Positions 40,201-53,498 of a stretch of 64,000 nt of DNA are shown here, in pieces. The translations under genes were made by a program, and so were the position numbers. Position 1 is the first letter of the stretch. Every line of letters starts with the position of its first letter. The notes under the pieces were generated by a model. It searched no databases. It had not been told where the DNA came from and worked only from the letters and a program-made list of their open reading frames with translations. Source of the DNA: Pseudomonadota bacterium (GTDB lineage Bacteria; Pseudomonadota; Gammaproteobacteria; UBA4575); NCBI GenBank assembly GCA_039182865.1, contig JBCDBX010000002.1:1356-65355 (forward strand). The letters run 5' to 3'.

Positions 40201-40551
40201 ATGGCAAGGCCTCATATTCAATCAGCATTCCCAAAGCAACGTTACCAGTTTGGCGAATTTTCCATCACATTATTAGCCGATGTACAAAGCAATGATCCGA
40301 TAGATTATTTATATATCATTGCTGTCATGCGTGAAGGTAATACTGAACCAGAAGTATACATTACGTGTGAAATGACTTCGTCGAAAGATGCAAAGCCAGC
40401 CTATCGTGTGCGCGTCTTATCTGATCAGCAAGAGCACGTGATCAGTACAGATTCTCAATGGGGAAATGAAAAGGCTTTTTGTGAATTTGCACTAGAAGGT
40501 ATCAAACAAATGTTTGAACTCACAGACGAAGAACCTAAAGCGCTTGGCTAA
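40201..40551 (+). CDS. Hypothetical protein, 116 aa
   Basis: ORF ending 5 nt before mutL. No motif recognised. Confidence 0.4.
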   Translation: MARPHIQSAFPKQRYQFGEFSITLLADVQSNDPIDYLYIIAVMREGNTEPEVYITCEMTSSKDAKPAYRVRVLSDQQEHVISTDSQWGNEKAFCEFALEGIKQMFELTDEEPKALG

Positions 40552-40555
40552 TTAA

Positions 40556-42340
40556 ATGCGCGCCAGTATCCAAAAGTTGCCTGATAACCTAATCAACCAG
40601 ATTGCGGCAGGTGAAGTTATTGAACGACCTGCATCAGTTATTAAAGAACTATTGGAGAATAGTATAGATGCTACTTCTAGTGAAATATTTATTGAGATTG
40701 AACGAGGTGGCATACAGAGAATAGTAATACGTGACAACGGTACTGGCATTCGAAAAGAGGAAATTACTACGGCACTCACCCGCCATGCGACTTCAAAAAT
40801 TCAGTCATTAGGTGATTTACAAAACATTCATAGCTTAGGATTTCGTGGGGAAGCATTGCCTAGCATCGCTTCGGTATCACGTCTATCACTTACATCTAAT
40901 TCAGAGTCTTCCAGCCAAGGCTGGACACTTCAAAATGAAGGTGGAGTTAACAAGGAAGAACTAAAACCCGCCGCACACACCAAAGGCACCACTGTTGAGA
41001 TCAATGATATTTTTTATAATACTCCTGCGCGCCGAAAGTTTTTACGTACAGAAAAGACAGAATTTTCACACTGCGAACAAGTAATTAAACGTCTTGCTTT
41101 AGCCAATTTTCATGTCGCAATAAATGTACGTCACAACCTAAAAACTATACTTTTATTGCCTTGCGCCCAAAATGACAGCGAAAAAGTAGATCGCCTAGAA
41201 AAAATATTGGGTAAGACTTTTGTTGAACATGCAATTTATATTGAGAACCAAAGCATGAATATGAAAGTATGGGGTTGGATAAGCGCACCCACTTTTTCAC
41301 GCTCACAAGCTGACCTGCAATACCAATATGTTAATAACCGACATATTCGCGACAAAACCATCAGTCATGCCATTAAATTGGCTTACCAAGATGTTCTATA
41401 TCACGGCCGCAATCCTGCTTATGTATTATATCTAGAAATAGATCCTGGTGATGTTGATGTAAATGCTCATCCTGCTAAACACGAAGTGCGCTTTCATAAT
41501 ACTCGCGCCATTCATGACTTTATTCGCCAAACAATTAAAAATGCAGTTAGTGAGATTCGCAGTGAAAGTATCGATTCGAAAAACTTTGACAAGCTAAGTG
41601 CCTTCATAAATAAACAATCAACACCAACTCAATCCTATATTTCAACTGCATCATCAAGCCTCGAGCATTTGCAACAACTTTATACACCTCAAGTCAGTGA
41701 AACTCAGACTAATTACAAAACCTATCCAACGGACAGTCACGATAAAGAGCATGATATCCCCTTGCTTGGCTATGCAATTGCGCAACTACATGGCATTTAT
41801 ATCTTAGCGCAAAATAAAGAGGGACTAGTACTCGTTGATATGCATGCTGCACATGAGAGAATTGTCTATGAACAGCTAAAAATTTCAAATTCCAGCAAAG
41901 AAATATCCCAACAACAATTATTAGTTCCTCTTAAATTTATACTAGCTGAGTCTGAAGCCGACTTATTTGAAAGATATATAGATGTTTTTGAGTCATTTGG
42001 TTTTGAAATCAATCGTATTGGTGATACTTCCATTAAACTTCGATCAATCCCAAGCGTTCTGAGTGACTTAGACCTTAATACGCTTATTCGCGATGTGATT
42101 TCTGATCTCAATAAAACCTCAATCACAACACGCTTAGAAGAAATACGTAATGAAATGTTGTCTAGCATCGCATGCCATGGTTCAATTCGTGCTAATCGAA
42201 AGATGACAACTCACGAGATGAATGCATTACTGCGCTCAATGGAGGAGACGGAACGCAGCAATCAATGCAACCATGGACGTCCAACATGGATTCAATTGAG
42301 TATTAAGGATCTCGATAAATTATTCTTACGAGGTCGCTAG
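40556..42340 (+). CDS. mutL: DNA mismatch repair protein MutL
   Basis: N-terminal GHKL ATPase (IAAGEVIERPASVIKELLENSIDA; DNGTGI). C-terminal dimerisation domain. Confidence 0.9.
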   Translation: MRASIQKLPDNLINQIAAGEVIERPASVIKELLENSIDATSSEIFIEIERGGIQRIVIRDNGTGIRKEEITTALTRHATSKIQSLGDLQNIHSLGFRGEALPSIASVSRLSLTSNSESSSQGWTLQNEGGVNKEELKPAAHTKGTTVEINDIFYNTPARRKFLRTEKTEFSHCEQVIKRLALANFHVAINVRHNLKTILLLPCAQNDSEKVDRLEKILGKTFVEHAIYIENQSMNMKVWGWISAPTFSRSQADLQYQYVNNRHIRDKTISHAIKLAYQDVLYHGRNPAYVLYLEIDPGDVDVNAHPAKHEVRFHNTRAIHDFIRQTIKNAVSEIRSESIDSKNFDKLSAFINKQSTPTQSYISTASSSLEHLQQLYTPQVSETQTNYKTYPTDSHDKEHDIPLLGYAIAQLHGIYILAQNKEGLVLVDMHAAHERIVYEQLKISNSSKEISQQQLLVPLKFILAESEADLFERYIDVFESFGFEINRIGDTSIKLRSIPSVLSDLDLNTLIRDVISDLNKTSITTRLEEIRNEMLSSIACHGSIRANRKMTTHEMNALLRSMEETERSNQCNHGRPTWIQLSIKDLDKLFLRGR

Positions 42341-42342
42341 AA

Positions 42343-43290
42343 ATGCACTCAATGAAATTACCCGTTGTTTTTATGATGGGTCCAACAGCAAGCGGCAAGA
42401 CAGATCTCGCAATTCACTTATCTAAAACAAAACAGTTTGAAATTATCAGCGTGGATTCAGCAATGATTTATCGCGAGATGAATATTGGCACCGCTAAACC
42501 TGATAATGAGACGCTTACTATTGCACCCCATCACCTAATCAATATTCGTGATCCGAATGAGACATATTCTGTTTCGGAATTCTGCAATGACGCCAATCGA
42601 CTTATTGATCAAATACACCAATCTCACAAAATCCCTCTGCTTGTCGGTGGCACCATCATGTATTTTTATTCGCTTCAATTTGGATTATCAGAATTGCCCC
42701 CTGCGAATAAAGAAGTTAGAGACAACTTAAATGCACTTGCAGATAAACATGGCTGGAATGCATTACACCAAAAATTGGCCAAATGTGACCCCGAAAGCGC
42801 AGACAAAATTCACCCTAACGATACCCAAAGAATACAACGCGCATTGGAGGTATATGAAATAACAGGCACCAAAATGTCCGATTTTCAACAATCAGTGACG
42901 AATAACAGAAACGATATTTCGATTATAAATATCGGTCTTTACCCGGAAGATCGCGCCCATTTACACACACTAATTGAAAATAGATTTAATCAAATGTTAT
43001 CTGATGGGGTAATTGAGGAAGTCCATAACCTCAAACAAAAGTGGAAGCTCGGCCCTAACCTACCATCCATGCGTTGTATAGGTTATCGGCAAGTCTTGTA
43101 TCACCTAGAATACCAAAATTCATATGAAGAAATGAAAAATCAGGCGATTGCTGCCACCCGTCAACTTGCCAAACGCCAGCTGACCTGGATCAGGCATTAT
43201 CCCAATACCTTCCTATATGATCCTTTTGTGCTATCTAAGGAAGAAATTTGCCATGAAATAATTTCCCAATTGCCTAGTACGAGCTGGTAA
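42343..43290 (+). CDS. miaA: tRNA dimethylallyltransferase
   Basis: GPTASGKT P-loop. 315 aa. Confidence 0.9.
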   Translation: MHSMKLPVVFMMGPTASGKTDLAIHLSKTKQFEIISVDSAMIYREMNIGTAKPDNETLTIAPHHLINIRDPNETYSVSEFCNDANRLIDQIHQSHKIPLLVGGTIMYFYSLQFGLSELPPANKEVRDNLNALADKHGWNALHQKLAKCDPESADKIHPNDTQRIQRALEVYEITGTKMSDFQQSVTNNRNDISIINIGLYPEDRAHLHTLIENRFNQMLSDGVIEEVHNLKQKWKLGPNLPSMRCIGYRQVLYHLEYQNSYEEMKNQAIAATRQLAKRQLTWIRHYPNTFLYDPFVLSKEEICHEIISQLPSTSW

Positions 43291-43370
43291 ACTAACGAGT
43301 AAGGGACAGTTATGATCCCTGCTCTCAACAATACGATTAAAAACAACAATAAAGGTTAGGAGCCGTTGCT

Positions 43371-43604
43371 ATGTCTAAAGGGCAAACATTACAAGAACCC
43401 TTTCTAAACGCGTTAAGAAAAGAGAAAGTATCTGTTTCGATCTATTTGGTGAATGGCATCAAACTGCAGGGACAAATAGATTCTTTTGATCAATTTGTCA
43501 TCGTGCTAAAAAATTCGGTCAATCAAATGGTTTATAAGCACGCTATTTCTACTATTGTCCCAGCTAAGTCCATCAAGATCCCGTTTGACGAACCAAGCGA
43601 ATAA
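43371..43604 (+). CDS. hfq: RNA chaperone Hfq
   Basis: [41 protein letters not shown]...[10 protein letters not shown] Sm1/Sm2 motifs. Confidence 0.95.
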   Translation: MSKGQTLQEPFLNALRKEKVSVSIYLVNGIKLQGQIDSFDQFVIVLKNSVNQMVYKHAISTIVPAKSIKIPFDEPSE

Positions 43605-43636
43605 TCTGACCCAGCAAGACTGGAGCCTCCAACAAC

Positions 43637-44929
43637 ATGTTTGAACGCCCCAAATCGGGTGAGCGTGCGCTATTAATCCATCCAGAATTTGGCCGTAGCC
43701 TCGATGCTGCGGATACTGAAGAATTCCAACTATTAGCAAGCTCCGCTGGTGCTGAAGAAGTGAGTCTCGTTACTTATACGCGACCAAAACCTGAAGCACG
43801 TTTTTTACTCGGGCATGGAAAAATCGAAGAACTAGCTGCTTTGGTAGAAGCCGAGAAAATCGAATTATTACTATTCAATTACAATCTATCACCCAGCCAA
43901 GAGCGAAATATCGAAAAAGCTAGTAAATGTAGGGTTTTAGACCGCACTGGCTTAATACTGGATATATTTGCGCAACGCGCGCGTTCACATGAAGGCAAAC
44001 TGCAAGTCGAACTCGCGCAATTAAAATTTTTATCGACACGCTTAGTTCGTGGATGGACTCACTTAGAAAGACAAAAAGGTGGGATTGGTCTACGTGGCCC
44101 GGGTGAGACCCAACTAGAAACTGACCGACGCTTATTATCTCAACGAGTCAAACACCTAGAAAAACGCTTGCAAAAAGTTCGTCGTCAACGTGAACAAGGC
44201 CGACAGTCACGCAAAAAAAATTCAGTCCCAACAGTCGCATTAGTTGGCTATACCAATGCAGGTAAATCTACTCTTTTTAACTGCATAACGACTGCAGAGG
44301 TCTATCAAGCCGATCAGTTATTTGCCACACTAGACCCGACCCTGCGGAAACTTCAGTTAAGCAAATCCCAACTTGTTATTCTTGCAGATACGGTAGGGTT
44401 TATTCAAAATTTACCGCATGGTTTAATTGATGCCTTTCATGCTACTTTGCAAGAAACATGCGAGGCTGACTTGTTATTGCATATCGTCGATTGCAGTAAT
44501 GACCAAAGAAATGAACATATTGAACAAGTTAACGAAGTGCTGAGACATATTGGTGCTGAAGAAGTCCCCCAATTATTAGTGTTTAATAAAATCGACCAAA
44601 CTAGGCACATTCCCCATATCGACATAGGCGAGAACAATGAAATCAATCGCGTATGGATTTCAGCATTAAAAAATCAAGGAATACATTTATTAAATTCCGC
44701 ACTGTTACAATTTTTTGATCATCAACGTACAACTGTTTCTTTAAGTATACCTTTGGAACAATCTGATCTACGCACTTTGCTTTACAATCAAAATGCTATT
44801 CTTGAAGAAAATTTCACCTCAGAAAATCTTTGGGAGATTGAGGCATCATTGAACCAGGAACTCCTGGAACGTTTTACTGACTACATACAAGAAAATAAGG
44901 TAGAAAATCTTCGTCACCCAGCCGCCTGA
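43637..44929 (+). CDS. hflX: GTPase HflX
   Basis: GYTNAGKSTL G1 motif. DTVGF. NKID. N-terminal HflX domain. Confidence 0.9.
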   Translation: MFERPKSGERALLIHPEFGRSLDAADTEEFQLLASSAGAEEVSLVTYTRPKPEARFLLGHGKIEELAALVEAEKIELLLFNYNLSPSQERNIEKASKCRVLDRTGLILDIFAQRARSHEGKLQVELAQLKFLSTRLVRGWTHLERQKGGIGLRGPGETQLETDRRLLSQRVKHLEKRLQKVRRQREQGRQSRKKNSVPTVALVGYTNAGKSTLFNCITTAEVYQADQLFATLDPTLRKLQLSKSQLVILADTVGFIQNLPHGLIDAFHATLQETCEADLLLHIVDCSNDQRNEHIEQVNEVLRHIGAEEVPQLLVFNKIDQTRHIPHIDIGENNEINRVWISALKNQGIHLLNSALLQFFDHQRTTVSLSIPLEQSDLRTLLYNQNAILEENFTSENLWEIEASLNQELLERFTDYIQENKVENLRHPAA

Positions 44930-45074
44930 GGTTTAATTTTACAAGTCGTCCATTACCAATGATCAAGATATAAGCTTTTCCCTTTTTTCTATATAGGCAT
45001 TTAGCTGATTTTTATCTTCAAAATGAATAGAATGCGCCTCTGAATTCTATAAATAAATTAACACGGAGTGCCCC

Positions 45075-46217
45075 ATGCCCTGGAACAGCCCAGGTAACAA
45101 CAATCAAGACCCTTGGGATAGAAATTCAAAAAACCAAGGCCCGCCTGATTTAGATGAGATATTTCAGAAACTTAGCCGCAAATTTGGTGGAATTTTTGGA
45201 GGCAAGAGCGGTGGAAGCGGCGGCGCTGGCAGCGGTTCAGGCGGTAGCAATATCGCGGGACTGGGAGTCATCGCAATTGTCGTTGCCCTAATTATTTGGG
45301 GTGCAAGTGGAATTTATACAATTACCGACGGTGAAGCAGGCGTCATACTGCAATTTGGAAAGTATAAAGAAACCACTGGACCAGGCTTACACTGGCATAT
45401 GCCTTATCCAATTCAAGAGTTGCGTCGAGTCGATATGGCAAAAGTACGGGATTCGAATCACCGCACGACAATGTTAACCAAGGATGAAAACATTGTAGAA
45501 ATTGTGATTGCCGCCCAATACATCATTAATGATGCTCCGAATTATTTATTCAATGTCCGCGCACAAGAACTCACCATCAAACAAGCAATGGAAAGCACTA
45601 TTCGAGAAGTGGTAGGTAAAAGCCAAGTGGACTTCGTTTTATATGAAGGCTTAGAAGTGATTGGGGCAGATACGAAGACCTTAATGCAAGATCTTTTAAA
45701 TCGCTATGAGTCAGGCATTGAAATTACCACTCTTAACTTAGTCAAAACTCAACCTCCGGTAGAAGTTCAAAGCGCATTTGATGACGTGATCAAATCGAGA
45801 GAGGATTTAGAGAGATTCATTCAAGAAGCACAAGCTTATGCCAACACCATTGTCCCACAAGCTCGAGGTGAAGCGGCTCGCATTATTGAAGAAGCGACAG
45901 GTTATAAAGAGGCAATCGTCGCCAGAGCAGAAGGTGAAGCTGAAAGATTTTTAGCGCTATTAGCCGAATATGCTAAAGCGCCCGATGTGACGCGTGAGCG
46001 TTTATACCTAGAAGCTGCTCAGTCCGTCTACGATAACAGTTCAAAAGTCATGATTGATATCAAGGACGGAAATAACTTAATGTTCTTGCCGTTAGATAAA
46101 TTAATGCAGCATGAAGAAATGCCTCGAGGATCAATTAATCTAGGATCAACGAGTTCTTCAAGCAGCACAAACCAGAACTTACCGCGAAGCACCACACGCG
46201 GAAGAGAGAGTCGCTGA
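45075..46217 (+). CDS. hflK: FtsH protease modulator HflK
   Basis: MPWNSPGNNNQDPW N-terminus. Gly-rich linker. SPFH domain. Confidence 0.9.
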   Translation: MPWNSPGNNNQDPWDRNSKNQGPPDLDEIFQKLSRKFGGIFGGKSGGSGGAGSGSGGSNIAGLGVIAIVVALIIWGASGIYTITDGEAGVILQFGKYKETTGPGLHWHMPYPIQELRRVDMAKVRDSNHRTTMLTKDENIVEIVIAAQYIINDAPNYLFNVRAQELTIKQAMESTIREVVGKSQVDFVLYEGLEVIGADTKTLMQDLLNRYESGIEITTLNLVKTQPPVEVQSAFDDVIKSREDLERFIQEAQAYANTIVPQARGEAARIIEEATGYKEAIVARAEGEAERFLALLAEYAKAPDVTRERLYLEAAQSVYDNSSKVMIDIKDGNNLMFLPLDKLMQHEEMPRGSINLGSTSSSSSTNQNLPRSTTRGRESR

Positions 46218-46218
46218 T

Positions 46219-47079
46219 ATGATTTCTAAAATTATCATTGCTGCCACCATCATCGTTGTCGCTGTATTTGGCTTGTGTACATACACTGTTGACGAAACCG
46301 AGCGTGCCATTCTTTTCAAATTCGGTGAAATAAAACAAGCAGATATTGAACCTGGCTTACACTTTAAAGTACCCTTTGTTAACAATGTCAGATGGTTTGA
46401 TTCAAGAATTTTAACATTAGATATTCCACCAGAACTATTTCCTACGAGTGAAAAGAAGTATGTTTTAGTCGACTTCTTTGTTAAATGGAAAATAGATAAT
46501 GTGCGGGATTTCTTTGTTGCCACAAATGGTAACGAAAACGTTGCTAATAGCCGCTTAGCACAGATCACAAAAGATGAATTACGTGCTGAATTCGCTTCAC
46601 GGACAATTATTGAAGCCGTCTCTGGAGAACGCGCAAACATCATGACTGCACTGGTTGTAAAAGCTAATGAGAAATCAAAACAGCTGGGCATCGAAGTCGT
46701 AGATCTACGAGTTAAGCGAATCGATTATGAGCAAAACATCAGCGGGTCAATTTACGACAGAATGCGCGCCGAGCGAGATCGTGTAGCTAAAGATTTCCGT
46801 GCGCGTGGAAGAGAATCGGCTGAAAGAATTCGCGCGGCAGCAGACAGAGAACGACAAGTCACTTTGGCAGATGCATATAAAACTTCTGAGCAGCTACGTG
46901 GTGAAGGCGATGCAACCGCCGCCGACATATACGCAAGAGCTTTCAACCAAGATAAAGAATTTTATTCACTAACTAAAAGCTTAACTGCATATAAAGAAAC
47001 GTTTACTAGTAAAAACGATATTCTTGTGATTGAACCTGACTCGCAGTTCTTTAAATATTTCAATCAGTCTAAACCCTAA
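46219..47079 (+). CDS. hflC: FtsH protease modulator HflC
   Basis: SPFH/band-7 domain with N-terminal TM. Follows hflK by 1 nt. Confidence 0.9.
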   Translation: MISKIIIAATIIVVAVFGLCTYTVDETERAILFKFGEIKQADIEPGLHFKVPFVNNVRWFDSRILTLDIPPELFPTSEKKYVLVDFFVKWKIDNVRDFFVATNGNENVANSRLAQITKDELRAEFASRTIIEAVSGERANIMTALVVKANEKSKQLGIEVVDLRVKRIDYEQNISGSIYDRMRAERDRVAKDFRARGRESAERIRAAADRERQVTLADAYKTSEQLRGEGDATAADIYARAFNQDKEFYSLTKSLTAYKETFTSKNDILVIEPDSQFFKYFNQSKP

Positions 47080-47095
47080 TCAGACATAGCCAGTC

Positions 47096-47281
47096 ATGTG
47101 GAATGACCTTCTGGTCGCATGTGCATTAGTGTTGATTATTGAAGGTATTTTGCCATTTGCCAGCCCAAAGACCTTGAGGAAAGCTTGGCAAAATATCTTT
47201 GAGATGTCTGATCAAGCGTTACGCATAATGGGATTAGTGAGTATGATGATTGGCGTGGTACTCTTAACAATATTTCGTTAA
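47096..47281 (+). CDS. DUF2065 small membrane protein
   Basis: 61 aa, two hydrophobic helices. Sits in the conserved position after hflC. Confidence 0.55.
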   Translation: MWNDLLVACALVLIIEGILPFASPKTLRKAWQNIFEMSDQALRIMGLVSMMIGVVLLTIFR

Positions 47282-47297
47282 ACCTAGTTAAAAAGAT

Positions 47298-49771
<2,474 letters not shown>

Positions 49772-49845
49772 CAAATCAATCACAGCATCACTTTATTTTC
49801 ATCTATAATCAGTATTTGATGAATATCGCATTTGTACAATTTTAA

Positions 49846-50646
49846 ATGTTTGAATACTCAAGCAAACTACTTCTACTTGCTTTTGTATACTTGATTTTAT
49901 TTACACTCGAGTACCTCATACCTTACTTTAATATCCGACAACACCACTTACAGCATTCAATTCGCAATTTATCATTAGCCTTAATTAATTCGCTTACAGC
50001 GGTTTGTCTGCTAGTTTTTATTTTAATTCATGTGTTTGATTGGACGACACGAAACAATTTTGGTCTGCTTAACATATTGAATCTTGATCAATTCGCTTCT
50101 TATATAATTGCTTTTATCCTACTCGACTTATGGCAATACATTTGGCACAGACTTAATCATAAAGTCGTTTTCCTATGGCGCTTCCATCAAGTGCATCATG
50201 CTGACAAAGATATGGACGCAAGCACGGGCGTTCGTTTTCATACTGTCGAGATTATTTTCTCTAGCCTAACTAGAATTCTAATTATCCCAATTCTCGGTTT
50301 AGAGTTAAATCAACTTATTCTTTATGAAGTGATCTTATTACCCATCATTCTTTTTCATCACAGCAATATCAATCTTAATGAAAATCTAGATCGTATTTTA
50401 AGAATCTTTATTGTCACACCACATATACATCGCTTGCATCATTCAGATATAAAATCTGAAACCAATTCTAATTATTCAAGTGTGTTTTCAATATGGGATA
50501 GAATATTTAGCTCTTACTCAATGAGATCGATCGAGAGCGGATTTCGACTTGGGCTTGGAAAACAATTTTCATCGAATGAATGGAATCGATTATGGGGAAT
50601 GATCAAAATGCCATTCCAGAAAGTTCCAAAATATACGCCGCCCTAG
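49846..50646 (+). CDS. Fatty acid hydroxylase/sterol desaturase superfamily membrane protein
   Basis: His boxes HRLNH, HQVHH and HIHRLHH spaced as in the FA_hydroxylase family. Four or more TM segments. Confidence 0.7.
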   Translation: MFEYSSKLLLLAFVYLILFTLEYLIPYFNIRQHHLQHSIRNLSLALINSLTAVCLLVFILIHVFDWTTRNNFGLLNILNLDQFASYIIAFILLDLWQYIWHRLNHKVVFLWRFHQVHHADKDMDASTGVRFHTVEIIFSSLTRILIIPILGLELNQLILYEVILLPIILFHHSNINLNENLDRILRIFIVTPHIHRLHHSDIKSETNSNYSSVFSIWDRIFSSYSMRSIESGFRLGLGKQFSSNEWNRLWGMIKMPFQKVPKYTPP

Positions 50647-50681
50647 AAAAATATTATATTAAGTTTTAATTAATCGCTAAT

Positions 50682-50894
50682 TTAGCTAAAGGATTTGAAT
50701 AACTTTTTGAATTCGTCCTTCGATACCGTTATCTCTTCGGTTTCAATTCCCGATTTTCTGCGATCCGGATTTGACCTTCGATCATGCAACACCACTTCGC
50801 CGCTTGGCAATGACATAGGAAAATCATTGTCCCCAAAACTGTGCTGTCGACGATCAGAATTCTGTCGAATTACTAGTTTGGATTTATCTTTCAT
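50682..50894 (-). CDS. Small basic hypothetical protein (70 aa) with repeated DRR motifs
   Basis: MKDKSKLVIRQNSDRRQHSFGDNDFPMSLPSGEVVLHDRRSNPDRRKSG... No family recognised. The overlapping plus-strand ORF 50695..50994 is judged a shadow. Confidence 0.35.
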   Translation of the reverse strand: MKDKSKLVIRQNSDRRQHSFGDNDFPMSLPSGEVVLHDRRSNPDRRKSGIETEEITVSKDEFKKLFKSFS

Positions 50895-51065
50895 AGCAAA
50901 GATCTATATGAAATTAAGATCTAATATTAACAATCTGATTAAAACAAAATGTGAACTAAGCCTCAGAAATTTTTTAATATCCCTTAATTGCTAAAAAACT
51001 CGTTTAATAACCGAGTAATATTGATAGTTATCCCAACAAACTTCACCTCAAGCACTTATTAGTTC

Positions 51066-53336
51066 ATGGCTAGACAAAAAAAGAATAAGAAAGCGACTGA
51101 TCCATATGCGGATAGAGAAGCTAAAAAATATGCCAATCCTATTGCTAGTCGAGAATATATACTTGATCAGCTTGAGAAACATACAGGCCCTGCGACTTTC
51201 ACCAAACTCAAGAAGTTATTAGGACTAAAAAAAGAGCACGACCTAGTCTCTCTTGAACGCCGTCTAAGGGCAATGGAGCGCGATGGCCAGATTGTACGAA
51301 ATCGTCAAGGTTCTTTTCTCCCAGTAGGTCATGCAGATTTAGTACGTGGGCGCATCATTGCTCATCCAGATGGTTTTGGATTTTTGTCACCCGATGAAAG
51401 CGATGAGAAAGATATCTTTTTATCGCCGAGAGAGATGCGTGCGACATTGCATGGCGACAGAGCGGTAGTACGCATCACCCATATCAAACGTGATGGACGC
51501 AAAGAAGGTCACTTAGTTGAAGTGGTTGAGCGACAAAATGAAACTGTGGTTGGCCGTTACCATGAAGAACGTGGCTTGGGCTATGTAATCCCAGACAATA
51601 AACGAATCACTCAAGATATATTTATTCCACCAACAGGGCGACATGACGCTAAACAAGGACAGATAGTCACTGCCAAAATAATTGAGCAACCTACCCGACG
51701 CAATCAACCGATTGGTGAAATTATTGAAATACTTGGCGAACACATGGCGCCAGGCATGGAAATTGACATTGCTATTCGCGTTCATGCTCTTCCAAATGTT
51801 TTTCCTGAAGAAACAATAGAAGAAGCTAAATCATTTAGTGAAGATTCTATTATTGAAGAGTCTTCCCACCGAGAAGACTTACAGCATCTACCATTTGTGA
51901 CAATAGACGGTGAAGACGCAAAAGATTTCGATGATGCTGTTTACTGCGAACCGATTAATGATGGTTGGAAGTTATATGTAGCGATCGCAGACGTATCTTT
52001 TTACGTTCAACCAGGAAGTGAATTAGATAAAGAGGCACACTGGCGTGGCACATCGGTATATTTCCCCGGACGCGTTATACCAATGCTACCTGAAAGTCTT
52101 TCAAACGGCTTATGTTCTCTCAATCCTGATATTCCTCGCCTATCACTCGTCTGTGAAATGAGGATTACATCCAAAGGTCGCTTGCGCAGTTATAAATTTT
52201 ATAAAGCCGTATTCAAATCTCATGCACGCTTAACCTATACTGAAGTTGCAGCAGGAATTGTTGATAAGAAAGTACAAGCTCGAAAAAAACTAGGTGAACT
52301 ATGTACACCACTTGATAATTTGTATTCGCTTTTTAAAGCATTATTATCAGATCGCGTTGGACGTGGGGCTATTGATTTTCATACTACTGAAACCAAAATC
52401 GAATTTGGACCAAATCAAAAAATTACCAGAATTTATCCTTATCATCGCAATGACGCTCATCGAATAATAGAAGAATGCATGATTACGGCTAATGTCGCTG
52501 CTGCAAGATATCTAAGCAAAAATAAATTTCCTGGCCTATACCGAATTCATGAAGGCCCATCCGATACGAAGCTAAAAGAACTACGCCAGCTTTTGAAGCC
52601 ATTAGGACTGAGTTTAGCAGGTGGCGAAAAACCTGAGCCTAAGCATTACGCTAATCTCATTAATCAAATTAATCAACGACAAGAAGATCGTTGGATAGAG
52701 ACTATGCTGTTGCGCTCACTGTCACAGGCAATATACAGTCCAGATAATGTAGGACATTTTGGTTTATCACATCCTTTGTATGCCCACTTTACGTCACCTA
52801 TTCGTCGTTATCCTGATTTAATTGTTCATCGTGCCATTAGTCATCTAACTAAAAAACAAAAAGCCGATACATTTTTCTACACACATAACGAGATGGTCCT
52901 TCATGGTGAGCATTGCTCAATGACAGAACGGCGTGCGGATGATGCCACACGCGATGCGGAGATGTGGCTGAAATGCGAGTTTATGCAAGATAAAATTGGT
53001 CAAGTATTTCCAGGTGAGATAACAAGTGTAACTTCTTTTGGTTTATTTGTAGAACTCACCGATGTTTTTGTAGAAGGTTTAGTGCACATTAGTACTCTGT
53101 CTGATGACTACTATCATTTTGAACCCGCGACTATGACACTGGAAGGAGAATTAACGCACCAGACTTATCGGCTTGGTGACAAAGTTAAGATTTTAGTTTC
53201 GCGCGTTGACATAGACGAGCGTAAAATAGATTTCATCTTACAAGAAACGAAAAAAACTAAGCGCACTAGTAAAAAAAAATCAAAATCAGGCAAAAAAACA
53301 TCATCTGTACGCAAAAGAAAATCTAGCCGAAAATGA
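51066..53336 (+). CDS. rnr: Ribonuclease R
   Basis: RNB catalytic domain (DGEDAKDFDDAVY...). S1 domain. Lys-rich C-terminal tail. Confidence 0.9.
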   Translation: MARQKKNKKATDPYADREAKKYANPIASREYILDQLEKHTGPATFTKLKKLLGLKKEHDLVSLERRLRAMERDGQIVRNRQGSFLPVGHADLVRGRIIAHPDGFGFLSPDESDEKDIFLSPREMRATLHGDRAVVRITHIKRDGRKEGHLVEVVERQNETVVGRYHEERGLGYVIPDNKRITQDIFIPPTGRHDAKQGQIVTAKIIEQPTRRNQPIGEIIEILGEHMAPGMEIDIAIRVHALPNVFPEETIEEAKSFSEDSIIEESSHREDLQHLPFVTIDGEDAKDFDDAVYCEPINDGWKLYVAIADVSFYVQPGSELDKEAHWRGTSVYFPGRVIPMLPESLSNGLCSLNPDIPRLSLVCEMRITSKGRLRSYKFYKAVFKSHARLTYTEVAAGIVDKKVQARKKLGELCTPLDNLYSLFKALLSDRVGRGAIDFHTTETKIEFGPNQKITRIYPYHRNDAHRIIEECMITANVAAARYLSKNKFPGLYRIHEGPSDTKLKELRQLLKPLGLSLAGGEKPEPKHYANLINQINQRQEDRWIETMLLRSLSQAIYSPDNVGHFGLSHPLYAHFTSPIRRYPDLIVHRAISHLTKKQKADTFFYTHNEMVLHGEHCSMTERRADDATRDAEMWLKCEFMQDKIGQVFPGEITSVTSFGLFVELTDVFVEGLVHISTLSDDYYHFEPATMTLEGELTHQTYRLGDKVKILVSRVDIDERKIDFILQETKKTKRTSKKKSKSGKKTSSVRKRKSSRK

Positions 53337-53498
53337 GCTTTAGTAATTATATCAACGTTCGTATAAATCAGATGTTATGTCGGATATTGAAAACGTTGAG
53401 AGCAATGCAAAATTTTTTGAAAACGAGGAGTTTATATGCAATAAATCACGAGTTTGAAAAGAATTTCAACAAAGCAGTGAGCGTTTGTAGTACGCGAG

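Noticed and set aside
50695-50994. 99-aa plus-strand ORF overlapping the 70-aa DRR gene
   Set aside because: No RBS and a low-complexity translation. It is antisense to an ORF with repeated motif content. The call is uncertain either way.
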